Below are positions 9,880-19,915 of a stretch of 64,000 nucleotides of DNA, piece by piece. The stretch's first letter is position 1; each line of letters begins with the position of its first letter. The stretch lies in IMG/VR virus record IMGVR_UViG_3300028025_003146, positions 21,742 to 85,741 of that record; one strand, 5' to 3'. This stretch comes from a virus (lineage: Duplodnaviria; Caudoviricetes). The position numbers were made by a program, and so were the translations under genes. Below the pieces are notes generated by a model that saw only the letters and a list, made by a program, of their open reading frames with translations, ran no database searches and was not told the origin of the DNA.

Positions 9880-10859
9880 TATATAACAACCATCTTATTT
9901 ATAACATATGTCGATAGCAACTGATCTGCATATACATTACCTGTACCTGAATAGGTACCAGAATTGTACTCAAATTGCCAATCGAATGTCTTTATAGACT
10001 TCATGTATTTATTACGCCAGACCTTATCCTTTGAGAAATAGTCTCTCATCAATTCAATACATGCAAGATCAACTTCATCTGGAACTTCTTCCCATCCAAA
10101 CCTACCTTGCACCCGATATGTAGACCCGCTTGAAAATGAGCCTCCCCAGGTATCATTAATAGTTGGAGGGACCATGCCGTTTGCTATGTACACAGTGTTG
10201 TCAAGCATATTTGCTCTGTTAACCCTGATTCCAAATCCGCTCTCTGAAATTATTGTGTCATAATTCCAATTGTTTATATTATTAAGTTTATCTACAAGAA
10301 GTACATCGTTTTGATATAGCTCGTGTATCTCAGCGATTTTATAAGGCAAAGGCAATACATCTGAGTCGGCACCGTATACTGTTTGAACATCGTCATACAA
10401 ATAAAATTGCTGTCCCGTATATGCCTCAATTACTTTTCTTGCATATCTTTCAGCGTTGCATAGCTCAAAATAAGACTTAGTATTAGGATCTGAATAATCT
10501 GACCCTAATCCCAAAGCGTCAACTGCTTGACTTAAATCTGTGTATGGAGTTTGAACATAAACTTTATGCTCTATACTTGCTGCCTGCATATTTACTGCAT
10601 AGGTCCAAACAAATCTAAGCTGCCTCTGTCTTTTTGTAAATTCGTATGGAAGATAAACAGAATAAGTTCCTGCGTCTACCTCTGACTTTACTGCTGTCAG
10701 GGTTGTTTGAATTATCCCTGGATTAATTGCTGGAGTTACTGATGGGTCTTCTGTAATATCATATACCTTAACACCTACTGTGCCGTCTGCATCGGTTAAC
10801 TGTCCCTGCCAAAATACTTTATGTGTTATTGGTGAATTTGAACCTACTAGAATTTCCAT
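9879..10859 (-). CDS. Head-tail adaptor/connector with N-terminal Ig-like extension
   Basis: ARKVIEAYTGQQF...GRFGWEEVPDEVDLACIEL adaptor signature. Confidence 0.75.
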   Translation of the reverse strand: MEILVGSNSPITHKVFWQGQLTDADGTVGVKVYDITEDPSVTPAINPGIIQTTLTAVKSEVDAGTYSVYLPYEFTKRQRQLRFVWTYAVNMQAASIEHKVYVQTPYTDLSQAVDALGLGSDYSDPNTKSYFELCNAERYARKVIEAYTGQQFYLYDDVQTVYGADSDVLPLPYKIAEIHELYQNDVLLVDKLNNINNWNYDTIISESGFGIRVNRANMLDNTVYIANGMVPPTINDTWGGSFSSGSTYRVQGRFGWEEVPDEVDLACIELMRDYFSKDKVWRNKYMKSIKTFDWQFEYNSGTYSGTGNVYADQLLSTYVINKMVVI

Positions 10860-10869
10860 TTAATAAAGG

Positions 10870-11277
10870 TTAAGCGTAGTACTCCTGAACTTCCTTTGGA
10901 GTTGCTAAGCGGAAACCCTCCTCCTTGTCAAAAATTTCTTGAGCATCTTCTTCTGTCATTGCAACAAATGGGTGCTCTTTTGTGAATGTGAATCCTTGTA
11001 TATCATACCTGAAATTTTCTCTAGTCATTCTAACTAGAACCGTATCTTCTGGCTGAGCATCTGGATTAAATCTAGGCAGAATCTCTTCTGCGTTTTCGCT
11101 GAATTCGTCTGTGGCGTCTTCAATATCTTTAATTGTTTTTTGATAAACAGACCATGTGACTCCCTCTTCTGCAAGGGCGGCAACAATATCTGCCTTACTC
11201 TTAATTCCATCAGTATCAACTGCAAAGTCCTCTGCAACTTTTCTGAGTTCTGCTACTTTCAATGTCTCAAATGACAT
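10870..11277 (-). CDS. Hypothetical protein with N-terminal HeH/Rho-N-like motif
   Basis: FETLKVAELRKVAEDFAVDTDGIKSKADIVAAL; directly after the capsid gene. Confidence 0.6.
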   Translation of the reverse strand: MSFETLKVAELRKVAEDFAVDTDGIKSKADIVAALAEEGVTWSVYQKTIKDIEDATDEFSENAEEILPRFNPDAQPEDTVLVRMTRENFRYDIQGFTFTKEHPFVAMTEEDAQEIFDKEEGFRLATPKEVQEYYA

Positions 11278-11329
11278 ATATTCTCCTTTGTTAGGTCCTT
11301 TAATTATAGCATTGATAAATTAAAATGAA

Positions 11330-11355
11330 AAGCCCCTAAAATTAATTAGGGGCCT
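11330..11355 (-). terminator. Intrinsic terminator after major capsid gene
   Basis: GCCCCTAA/TTAGGGGC stem with a U-run on the minus strand. Confidence 0.75.
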
Positions 11356-11379
11356 TTCGGGGGTTTTATCTTAAATTAA

Positions 11380-12429
11380 TTAAGAAGCAACCTTAACGTT
11401 CTTTACAACTACCCAAGCGTCTGCCTGCTCGATCTGAACGCCAACACGAGTATACATTGTGTACTCAATTGTGTCCTTACGTGGCTGGAAGAAGCGGTAG
11501 ACAGTTACATCACGCTTGATACCAATAACTACGTTATTTGGGAATGTCAAGTGGATATCTCCGTGTGAGCCTGATGCTCCTGATTGTGTTCCAGTTTGTG
11601 TCTCTGAAAGAAGTGGAACTTCAACAATCGGAATACCGAATGCGAATGGTGCCACATATCCTGCAGGTCCACCTAGTGGTGCAACTCCACCACGGATAAC
11701 GCTTGAAGCGATATCTTGTGGAATTGTTTGGTTTGTTCCAATGCTGTTAGCATATAGGAAATCTTGAATCAAGTTTGATCCAGCAAGGAAGCGAAGGTCT
11801 CCACGACGTTGCTTGTACTTACGTGGCATAGCCTTAAGTGCCTTGTTGAATACTTCACGAGATACGTTAGCACCAGCTGCGTCTACGACACGACCTGATG
11901 CCTTTGCCTTCTTCACAACGCCATCAAATGACTTGTAAAGAGCATCTCCTGTAAGAGCTGTATCACCGTTAAGAAGAACATCTTCGATGTCGTTTCCTGC
12001 TTGTGTTGCCATCAAACGTGCAATGTGATCTTCTAGATCTGCACCTTCGATGTTATCTTCTAGAGATTCTGTTGAAAGCTCCCAGTCCATGCGGAGTTTC
12101 TTTGTTGTTAAAGAGATTTTTGAGAAAGTTACACCACTGTTTGTTGCGGTGTTGTCTGCCTCGGTTGCAAGCTTCATAAGCTTCTCACCAACGGACATAC
12201 GGTCAATCTCGGCTGTGTCTGACTTCATACGAACTGTACGTGCGACCTTACCGATAACGGTTGCGTCGAACATATAATCAAGGAAGCGAGCAGACTGTTC
12301 TGGGTTAAGAAGTCCACCGTTGCCATTTTCTGAAGCTACGTGTACTCCTGTTCCACCAGTTGCGGAACCGAATCCTGTTGATACCTGAGTACCAGCGTTT
12401 ACGGCCTTTTCTAATGTTTCATTGCTCAT
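11380..12429 (-). CDS. Major capsid protein (HK97 fold)
   Basis: 349 aa; GGLLNPEQSARFLD, LEDNIEG, FGIPIVEVP motifs; follows protease/scaffold. Confidence 0.9.
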   Translation of the reverse strand: MSNETLEKAVNAGTQVSTGFGSATGGTGVHVASENGNGGLLNPEQSARFLDYMFDATVIGKVARTVRMKSDTAEIDRMSVGEKLMKLATEADNTATNSGVTFSKISLTTKKLRMDWELSTESLEDNIEGADLEDHIARLMATQAGNDIEDVLLNGDTALTGDALYKSFDGVVKKAKASGRVVDAAGANVSREVFNKALKAMPRKYKQRRGDLRFLAGSNLIQDFLYANSIGTNQTIPQDIASSVIRGGVAPLGGPAGYVAPFAFGIPIVEVPLLSETQTGTQSGASGSHGDIHLTFPNNVVIGIKRDVTVYRFFQPRKDTIEYTMYTRVGVQIEQADAWVVVKNVKVAS

Positions 12430-12444
12430 TATTTTATACCTACC

Positions 12445-13794
12445 TTAGTTGAATATTTCGTTTACGGAACCGAGGAAAGAACCGTTCCATTTAGATTTTT
12501 TGATTGTTACTTCTTCTGATCGGCCAAGATCGGAAGACTTCTTAATTGCAGTCTCTGATTCTACTGCGTCGACACGCTTTTGTACACCATCAATCGTGTT
12601 CTTGATATCATTTACAGCACTTGAAAGTACTGTGTGTTGTTCTGCCAACTCTGAAATTCTAGAATCTACGCTCTTGCTAAAAGCTTCAACAGTCTCTTGG
12701 ATTGCTGTAACTTGTACTGCATTTGCTTCAGATGCCTTATTTAGAGTTTCTGAGAAAAAGCCTTTTAGATCGCCTAACATCTTCGCAAAATCAGGTTCAT
12801 CAACCTTATCTTCTGATACTTCGGCTGCTTTTTCCAGAGTCTCGGCAGGAACGTCTTCTGCTACTGCTTCTGCAGGAGCTTCAGCTGGAGCTGCATCATC
12901 TGCAACTACTGCTGTATCTTCAACGGCTGTTTCTTCTGCTACTGCTTCGGCTGGTGCCTCTACTGCAACATCTTCAACAACTACGTTTTCTGTATTATCT
13001 GACATTTCATTACCTCCTTCTGCGTTTGCCTGTTTTGCAATTGTTTGTGTTTCAGGCAACGTAAATCTTGAGTGCTTATATGCATCAAGAATCTTATCAA
13101 TCTCTTTTGCTTTATTAACATCTGAGCTCTCAACCCAACCAATTAGTTGTGCTGGCTTACCAGAAACTGGTGAGTCATATGTCTTCTCTGTTGAGATAAA
13201 AACAGAGTTACTGTCTTCACAGTAAAAAATATTTTCGGTTACAACATCTACTGCTATACCCTTTGCGATGTATTGTCCATTTACTTTCTGAATAGAAAGA
13301 ATGTTACATAGCTCATTTGCTGGTGAGTCTACAATTGATAGCTCCATCAATTCGTAGTCTTTAATAAATCTTACAGATTTTCCTGTAGCTTTATTAACTT
13401 CGTTATCTGACTCTTTAATCTTTCCGCCGATTGAGAATCCTGAAAGAGTTCCGTCTAGAACTTTTTCCCAACTGTCTTGTGCGCCTTTTGAAATGTATGC
13501 TGTTACATAAACTCCGTTATAAAATTCTTTAGTTGCTGGGTCGTAAAAAGTTTCTGGCTTAAAAGAAACCATCTTTCCAACTGCAAGGGATCCGTGCATC
13601 TCACGAATGTTTCCTCGAAAGCCTTCAAATGCTTTTATGCTTGCTTCTGCAGTTACAACATCTCCAGTCTGATCTACGTTATCTAGCGTTGCAAAGCCAG
13701 ACACTGTTCTCTTTTCACGGTTAACTTTAGTGAAAGGTACAGACAAGTTAATGTCATTGCCATGGCTAGTCCATAAAGACTTTTCAATATTCAT
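12445..13794 (-). CDS. Prohead protease with C-terminal scaffold
   Basis: VSGFATLDNVDQTGDVV, IREMH, GFSIGG, ELSIVDSPAN (HK97-type protease), then an acidic Ala/Glu-rich coiled-coil tail. Internal GGAGG + ATG at MSDNTEN may give a separate scaffold. Confidence 0.88.
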   Translation of the reverse strand: MNIEKSLWTSHGNDINLSVPFTKVNREKRTVSGFATLDNVDQTGDVVTAEASIKAFEGFRGNIREMHGSLAVGKMVSFKPETFYDPATKEFYNGVYVTAYISKGAQDSWEKVLDGTLSGFSIGGKIKESDNEVNKATGKSVRFIKDYELMELSIVDSPANELCNILSIQKVNGQYIAKGIAVDVVTENIFYCEDSNSVFISTEKTYDSPVSGKPAQLIGWVESSDVNKAKEIDKILDAYKHSRFTLPETQTIAKQANAEGGNEMSDNTENVVVEDVAVEAPAEAVAEETAVEDTAVVADDAAPAEAPAEAVAEDVPAETLEKAAEVSEDKVDEPDFAKMLGDLKGFFSETLNKASEANAVQVTAIQETVEAFSKSVDSRISELAEQHTVLSSAVNDIKNTIDGVQKRVDAVESETAIKKSSDLGRSEEVTIKKSKWNGSFLGSVNEIFN

Positions 13795-13847
13795 ATGCTT
13801 AATTTTAGCGACTTATAGATAAAAAGGCAAATAACAGTTGAGTAGAG

Positions 13848-15431
13848 TTAGTCAACCTGTCTTCCGTCGCCCTTGGCATTTCGTCCTTCTCCAGAATTAT
13901 CTGGGGCGGTTGCCTGTCGGTCTTGGGATCTTTGTCTAGTATTTCCAGCTTGGGCTGTTTGCTCTGCGGCATCCTGACCCTTCAAATCTACCACTTCGTC
14001 TCCGCCTTCAAGAGGAATCATGCCCTTTCTAATTCGAACTTCATTAGGGGTAATTACTTGCATTCTTAAATATCTTTCGTCAATCTTGGACTGGGTATCT
14101 TCGTCAGTAAGAGTTAACTCATTAAATTTAAGTGTTAGCGCATCTGTCTTTTCCTCAAATATTTTATTTAATTTTTTCTCTAAAATCATTTGTGCTGGGC
14201 GGCAAACCTGCTCTTTAAATGTTTTATCCGCATCTCTTGCTACTGCTAAATTAACTCCCTCTGGGGTTCCAATTTTATTAATTGGGACACGATGGGCCAA
14301 TAGGATTTCATCTCTATTTGATTTGCGGTAAACATTAAATGAAGATTCCTGTGGGTTGGCCTCAACTGGTTCCATTTTAAATTCGGTTTTTGAGTCTGGA
14401 GTATCTCCTGGAAGCGGAATATATAGAGATCTGTGGTTCTTGCCTTTAAGTCCAACTTGGAAAAATTCAAGCAATTTACGCTCTGACTCTGGAGAAAGCT
14501 TTGCTCCCTTTACTGTAATGATATATCTTGGGACCGCTTTGTTTTCAAAGTAATCAAGGTTATATCTTCCAGACAGTTCGTTACCCGCCAAAGAAACCTG
14601 GGCTGCAATAATATCTGCAACTCCGTAGTAGTTGTTCATTGGGGTATACTTCTTTAAATGAATAATTTCATTTGGGCGATCTTCTTGTCCCGCAATTGGG
14701 TTCTCTGTTTCTGAGTCTCCAAAGTTGTTAAAGAATACTGCCTTTCCGTAAAGCAATTGAATAAAGCCATCTCTAAGTCTACGCACACGCATAGTCTTTG
14801 CTGGGATATGCCCGATATATCCAATATTTCCAGCAGTGGTTCTACCTATTTCAATGTAGCCATTTCCAGTTGCTTCGTAGTCTGTAAACACCTTAATTAA
14901 TGTTTGAGTAAATGTATCCTCATCATTTGTTGTATCAAGCCACGCATGAAGATCCTGTCTTAATTTGCTTAGCTTTCTACGTGCTCTTTCAAGAGACTTT
15001 TCATCTGTAAGTGAATCAATAGCATCATTTGTTTTCTTTGTTTCTATAAAATCATATCCTAGACCAACAATGTTTGCCACCTTGGCATTAATTGCTGCAT
15101 AGTTGTATGTTGAAATCTCATATACTTTTGAAAGATACTCTAGGTTGTATGGAGGTTCTACCAAGTCGAACATTGCATAGCCAGTAATTGCTTGTGCCAA
15201 TAGGTTTTGCTGTGTTCCAGTTTCTTCTCGGCCAGTGAACGACTTAGAAAATTCTCTATTCATCTTACGCTTAAACGAAGTTCCTAGGCCTCTAACCTTT
15301 TTAAGATCCTCTAGGCCTGCCAAAAATGGGTCGGTTGTCGTTTCATTTTTTTCTAGCGAGAACCAGTCTGCGTTATTTGAAATATTAATTATATTTTCTG
15401 AGTTGTCTTCATCAAGAAATTCTGCGCTCAT
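13848..15431 (-). CDS. Portal protein
   Basis: 527 aa; DYEATGNGYIE, EIIHLK, YYGV, EILLAHRVP, ITPNEVR...GGDE motifs of PBSX/HK97-type portals. Confidence 0.9.
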   Translation of the reverse strand: MSAEFLDEDNSENIINISNNADWFSLEKNETTTDPFLAGLEDLKKVRGLGTSFKRKMNREFSKSFTGREETGTQQNLLAQAITGYAMFDLVEPPYNLEYLSKVYEISTYNYAAINAKVANIVGLGYDFIETKKTNDAIDSLTDEKSLERARRKLSKLRQDLHAWLDTTNDEDTFTQTLIKVFTDYEATGNGYIEIGRTTAGNIGYIGHIPAKTMRVRRLRDGFIQLLYGKAVFFNNFGDSETENPIAGQEDRPNEIIHLKKYTPMNNYYGVADIIAAQVSLAGNELSGRYNLDYFENKAVPRYIITVKGAKLSPESERKLLEFFQVGLKGKNHRSLYIPLPGDTPDSKTEFKMEPVEANPQESSFNVYRKSNRDEILLAHRVPINKIGTPEGVNLAVARDADKTFKEQVCRPAQMILEKKLNKIFEEKTDALTLKFNELTLTDEDTQSKIDERYLRMQVITPNEVRIRKGMIPLEGGDEVVDLKGQDAAEQTAQAGNTRQRSQDRQATAPDNSGEGRNAKGDGRQVD

Positions 15432-15769
15432 CTTAGCCCCTTTAGCTTTTTCATTTCGTCTTTATAGTTACCGATATCAAATGGATCAGGAACTAGTCCC
15501 CAATCGAGTCTTTGTTTTTGGTGCTCAAATTCTTCATCATCAATTTTCCTTCTAGCGGAAAGAAATTTAGGCCCGCCTTCGTATATGCCGAACGTGCGAA
15601 CTTCTCTAGCCAAAGCATCGATGTTGGCTCTATTTCCTTTTTTGGACGTGATCGAAAGAAAGTTCCCATCATCATCTCCAATCCATCTGCCATCTGGCAT
15701 TTCCCAGACATAGATGCCAAGTATCGACTCTTCTTCAAGAATCTTGCTATTTGTTCTGTTAATATCCAT
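15428..15769 (-). CDS. Hypothetical protein
   Basis: 113 aa, overlaps portal start; TGGTAAAAT extended -10 lies 8 nt upstream. Confidence 0.7.
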   Translation of the reverse strand: MDINRTNSKILEEESILGIYVWEMPDGRWIGDDDGNFLSITSKKGNRANIDALAREVRTFGIYEGGPKFLSARRKIDDEEFEHQKQRLDWGLVPDPFDIGNYKDEMKKLKGLR

Positions 15770-15831
15770 ATGACTTTATTTTACCATTATTGTCTACTCA
15801 AGTCCAGCTTTTTGTCAACCCACGTGACAAA

Positions 15832-17604
15832 TTATTGGTTTTGAAGCACAATCCAGTCGTTGTCATAAAACTCAACGGAGTTTTCTGTCAATGTCATGGA
15901 CGAATCATCTGCTATTGTAGCTGATCTTCCGATATGCATGTTGTAATTAGATAATGCCATGGGGGCTGAGAAGGTTGCTGGGTAGTAAGAAATGTATTGG
16001 TATAGGCTGGAAGGCCCACCTGTTGATTTATGGTTAAATAGAACCTCTCCAGTAATTGCCCCGTTTGTTACAATTAAAACGTGATAAAGCTCGTTTGCGG
16101 TAAATACAGAACTTATATTTGTCTGAGATGTCTTGTCTACACCATTAACATAAATAGCAGATATATTAGATTTAGTAATAGTTCCATTTGCAGCCCAAGA
16201 GTAGCCTGCTGATACAAAATCTCCATTTGCCGTACTTGATAAAATAGAATTTGAGGTTAGGTCTGACAGTGTTAAAAAGAACTCTATTGTCCTAATTGAT
16301 TCTGCGGTATTTATTTTAAATCCTGATCCGCCCGCCGTTGTTAATCCGTTTAATTTTTGTCGGGACAAAATAGGATATGCAACCCTTCCTAGAGTAATGT
16401 CTTTTGATGTAAATCCCGCTGTGCCCTCTATCGTGTAAATATAATCAGGGTTGCTTATTGAATAAAGAATCTGGTCTTTGTAGAAGCACAGTAGCAGGCT
16501 ATATAGTTTTGGGATAAATTTAGTTGTATCTGATGAGGCAAATGTTATCTCAAGATAAAGAGTTCTTTCAGAGCTAAATGATCCTAATCTAAATTGAGGA
16601 ATTGCTCCTCCATTAACACATGCTTGCCATGTTGACCCATCTGTGGAAGTTCTTACAGAGACCCCATTATCGCCGTTCCACTCTATCTTAGAGGAGTCTA
16701 AGTCGAATCCCGCAGGAATTCCTATAGCATCTACGACAACTACGCTCTTAGAGGCTGCAGAGGCCGTTTTCTTAATTTCTAAACATTTCTCTTCTGTGTT
16801 ATAAACTAAATCTTCTGAGGCAAAAATTTCTATGGGCTTGTTGGCAGGATAAGCAAAATTAAATTGTTTGCTTACGCTATCATCATATATTTCAAACAAG
16901 GTCCCGCCGCTTGGGTATGAAACCTGAAAAGGAGATGTTGTTCCAGAGTAGTTGAAGTGTTCTATAATTTTATCTAATCCTAGGGCATACCTGTATACTG
17001 CTGGGGCATCTACAATAAATGAATCTGCTGAATTTCCAGTCGGCCCTAATTTTAATGTAATTGTTTCATTACTAAACTTATAATTATTTAAAGACTTGCT
17101 TGTTGCAAATTTGCCATCTACATATAAAGACATTTCTGCAATGGAGTACGTGGCTACAATATGATGAGATTGACTAATATTAGGCAGGGTATAATCAAGT
17201 CTTTCCGCCTCAAGTTTAAATACTATGTTTCCTTTTTCATAAAAAATACCTACATTTTTTGTTGAGTCTGCAAATATAGTTGTTAGTCCAGATGTTGTGA
17301 TCTTAGGATACATCCAAACTTCTAGCGAGAACTCGTTATCTGATGAATTGATATCTGCAAATCCGCCGTCGGCGGCAGATCCATAATAGTCTTTAGTTAC
17401 GGGTAATGTAATGTACTTGGTATTAGTTATAAGAGAGCCATTTGCTCCGCCTGAAACAAGTGGGATTAATCCAGTAGTTAGTCCGCCTGAATAAGTTCCG
17501 CTATTTCCACACCCAGAGACATCTGAAGCGATAGTACCTGAAGACTCATCCAATGGCCAGAAACCGATTGGGTAGTCGTTAATTAACTTTAGCTGATAGC
17601 TCAT
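15832..17604 (-). CDS. LamG/concanavalin A-like minor structural protein
   Basis: PIGFWPLDESSG...FSLEVWMYP...HHIVATY...LYVDG...AVYRYAL LamG signature. Confidence 0.75.
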   Translation of the reverse strand: MSYQLKLINDYPIGFWPLDESSGTIASDVSGCGNSGTYSGGLTTGLIPLVSGGANGSLITNTKYITLPVTKDYYGSAADGGFADINSSDNEFSLEVWMYPKITTSGLTTIFADSTKNVGIFYEKGNIVFKLEAERLDYTLPNISQSHHIVATYSIAEMSLYVDGKFATSKSLNNYKFSNETITLKLGPTGNSADSFIVDAPAVYRYALGLDKIIEHFNYSGTTSPFQVSYPSGGTLFEIYDDSVSKQFNFAYPANKPIEIFASEDLVYNTEEKCLEIKKTASAASKSVVVVDAIGIPAGFDLDSSKIEWNGDNGVSVRTSTDGSTWQACVNGGAIPQFRLGSFSSERTLYLEITFASSDTTKFIPKLYSLLLCFYKDQILYSISNPDYIYTIEGTAGFTSKDITLGRVAYPILSRQKLNGLTTAGGSGFKINTAESIRTIEFFLTLSDLTSNSILSSTANGDFVSAGYSWAANGTITKSNISAIYVNGVDKTSQTNISSVFTANELYHVLIVTNGAITGEVLFNHKSTGGPSSLYQYISYYPATFSAPMALSNYNMHIGRSATIADDSSMTLTENSVEFYDNDWIVLQNQ

Positions 17605-17660
17605 AATTCCATTATACTATATTTAAAGGCTTACTACTCAAGCCCTTCATTGCCTAGCTT

Positions 17661-17987
17661 TTAAACTATTTCTACCCCAGAAACCATAATGCTTACTCCG
17701 CCAGCGACATTTGCTGATGCCCAGATAGATTCTCCAGCATTAACAATTAGCGTAGTCTCTGTTGATCTTGATGTGTTTTCTGCAAGAAGAACGTCACCGA
17801 AGATTCTATTTGATAGACCTGGTGTTTGTCCACTTGGAACTAAATAAAGGCTAAAGGCAATTGGGCCATTAAATGTGTTGGCCGTAAATATGCTCTTAAC
17901 AATAGCCTTGTTAGTAAATGATTTTAGATTTGAGTTTGTTGTGCTTAGAAGAACTGGCCCAATAAATCGTGATGGATTATATGCCAT
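17661..17987 (-). CDS. Small virion adaptor protein (paralog of 23088..23405)
   Basis: Shared PSRF N-terminus and V.AGESI.ASA...VS...SGV.I C-terminus. Confidence 0.6.
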   Translation of the reverse strand: MAYNPSRFIGPVLLSTTNSNLKSFTNKAIVKSIFTANTFNGPIAFSLYLVPSGQTPGLSNRIFGDVLLAENTSRSTETTLIVNAGESIWASANVAGGVSIMVSGVEIV

Positions 17988-17995
17988 TTGGTCTC

Positions 17996-18709
17996 CTAGC
18001 TAATTGCCCATTTAGAGATAAGATCTCTTTCGATTGAGATATATTCACCCACGGTAAGGGCTCTGTTGTAAATAAGCAATTCGCCAATCTTAAATGCTCC
18101 GAATGTTGCAGAGTATCTTCCGATTACTTGTCCTGTCATGCTTGTTAGCCCGCCTGAAGATGCACCGACTGCTACGTCAACACCATTTCTTCTAACTCTA
18201 CGTGAGTTGTCAACATTGCTATAAACAAGTGTATAAATTTCTGGTGTTCCTGATAGTCCTACTGGAACAATAGCATTTTGATCATCGTTACCGAAACCAA
18301 ACTTAAATGTGTTTGAAGATACGTATCCAGCAATAAGATTATTTCTTGTTCCTGAGTTCGTTCCACCAATTACATATGTGTTTGCATTTGCTGGCTTTGA
18401 TGCAACATAAATAACTGTAAAGGAAGATGAGGCGATCCATGAGAGTGTTTGATCTGAGAATGGTAGAAAGTCATCTACTCCATCAAAGTTAATTGCTGGA
18501 AGTCCTGCTATACCTGTTGCTTGAAATGTTGGTTGTGCTGCTGCAGTTGCTTGAACGCAATGTCTAGCCAAACCAGACTTGTCATTCCATTGTGAAACTT
18601 TTCCAAGTCCGTCCCTTGTAATTGTAGATGGAAGACCAGCATCTAGCCATAGCTGCAATCCAGACAAGGTGAATCTATTTCTTCTAAAGATAATATTATT
18701 ACTAAGCAA
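17996..18709 (-). CDS. LamG-like lectin / receptor-binding domain protein
   Basis: GLQLWLDA...VSQWNDKSG...INFDGVDD...IGELLIYNRAL. Confidence 0.75.
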   Translation of the reverse strand: MLSNNIIFRRNRFTLSGLQLWLDAGLPSTITRDGLGKVSQWNDKSGLARHCVQATAAAQPTFQATGIAGLPAINFDGVDDFLPFSDQTLSWIASSSFTVIYVASKPANANTYVIGGTNSGTRNNLIAGYVSSNTFKFGFGNDDQNAIVPVGLSGTPEIYTLVYSNVDNSRRVRRNGVDVAVGASSGGLTSMTGQVIGRYSATFGAFKIGELLIYNRALTVGEYISIERDLISKWAIS

Positions 18710-19157
18710 TTGGATCTTCCTCCATTATTTTTTCTAGTTCTACTAATGGTCTCTTAGGCCATGTAATTTCGGATACATCTTTGCTATTCTTAAAAGAAGA
18801 AATCTTCTTTCTATAATCTTTCCATGCTGCGAGAGACTTCTTGTCCATATCTGGGTCACTCTCAACCCATGCTGTAGACATTAGCTCAAAGCTAATATGT
18901 GCGTTTACATTTTCTGTTTTTTCTTCATCTGACATCTTCTGTACTTCTAGTGCGTATACTTTGCCACTCTTAACAAATGGTTCACAAGGCACTACTTTTT
19001 CTTGAAAGTCATCAAACTCAGGTGTTACTACTTCTAGCAAACCGTTTTCTTTTGCAAACTTCTTCTCATCTATTGATTGAGGGATAGAAACATTTGGGAA
19101 AAGTTGAGATAGTGCGCCTACAGCGACTACTTTTTTGTCTTCTACTATGGCGTACAT
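18702..19157 (-). CDS. Tail fibre assembly chaperone
   Basis: AWKDYRKKI...EITWPKRP C-terminal Tfa-type motif. Confidence 0.7.
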   Translation of the reverse strand: MYAIVEDKKVVAVGALSQLFPNVSIPQSIDEKKFAKENGLLEVVTPEFDDFQEKVVPCEPFVKSGKVYALEVQKMSDEEKTENVNAHISFELMSTAWVESDPDMDKKSLAAWKDYRKKISSFKNSKDVSEITWPKRPLVELEKIMEEDPIA

Positions 19158-19167
19158 ATTATCTCCT

Positions 19168-19614
19168 TTAAACGTTTAAATCAGCGAATGCGTATGCACC
19201 GAATATTGTTGTGCCACCGTCTCTTGTCATAAAGTTAAGAACGGTTGTATTTGTAGATAGAAGTGGTGCTACGTTAGAAGCTCCTCCACCATCCCACTTA
19301 ATTGATGCTGGCCATGTAACTGTAAAGGTACCGCCACCCTTAATTTCTAGCTGCCAGAATTGTGCTTTTGGCTCTGTTCCTGTTGCTGGAATATTGCTAA
19401 ATGCTACTGTGCAGTTTCCGCCTGCAACCATCTTAAATACGTTAGCAAGTGCTACGTTGCATGTTGCAACTCCTGAAGCGGCAATTGTTCCAAGATCTAG
19501 CTGTGCTGATGGCACATTAAGATATGGACGTGCTTGTCCGTTAAGAGGTGCTTGAAGGTATGTGTATGTCCAAAGACCTGGGGTTACCTGTTGAGGTACG
19601 CTTGTTATTGGCAT
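19168..19614 (-). CDS. Tail fibre-associated domain protein (paralog of 29363..29728)
   Basis: FTVTWPASIKWDGG...APLL...TRDGGTT motif. Confidence 0.6.
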   Translation of the reverse strand: MPITSVPQQVTPGLWTYTYLQAPLNGQARPYLNVPSAQLDLGTIAASGVATCNVALANVFKMVAGGNCTVAFSNIPATGTEPKAQFWQLEIKGGGTFTVTWPASIKWDGGGASNVAPLLSTNTTVLNFMTRDGGTTIFGAYAFADLNV

Positions 19615-19616
19615 TC

Positions 19617-19898
19617 TTATTCCTCCTCTGGAAGATGCAACTCTGGCAAAGATTGTGGTCTTGGCCCTTTAGTTTCAGAATCATCTTCATCCCATGCTTC
19701 TTGTGCTGCTGTTACTGAAGCAACAGCCTCTGCATGCTCAATTGCCATGATCTCACGATCTGTTTTTCCTGGATACTTATCTACAGCTACTCCGTCAACT
19801 AGGGTGAATCTATGAAGCAGTTGTGATTCAACAACTTCATGCTCTCCATCTACGTCGATTGCGGGTACATGTTGTGGTCCACAGAACTTTAGTTTCAT
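19617..19898 (-). CDS. Hypothetical protein
   Basis: Start more likely 19898 (AGGAGA Shine-Dalgarno) than 19931. Confidence 0.6.
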   Translation of the reverse strand: MKLKFCGPQHVPAIDVDGEHEVVESQLLHRFTLVDGVAVDKYPGKTDREIMAIEHAEAVASVTAAQEAWDEDDSETKGPRPQSLPELHLPEEE

Positions 19899-19915
19899 TT
19901 TATTTCTCCTTTTCC

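Noticed and set aside
12449-13225. 258-aa plus-strand ORF; likewise 44492..45256, 36205..36771 and 30901..31362
   Set aside because: Antisense shadows of well-supported minus-strand genes, with low-complexity mirror translations.
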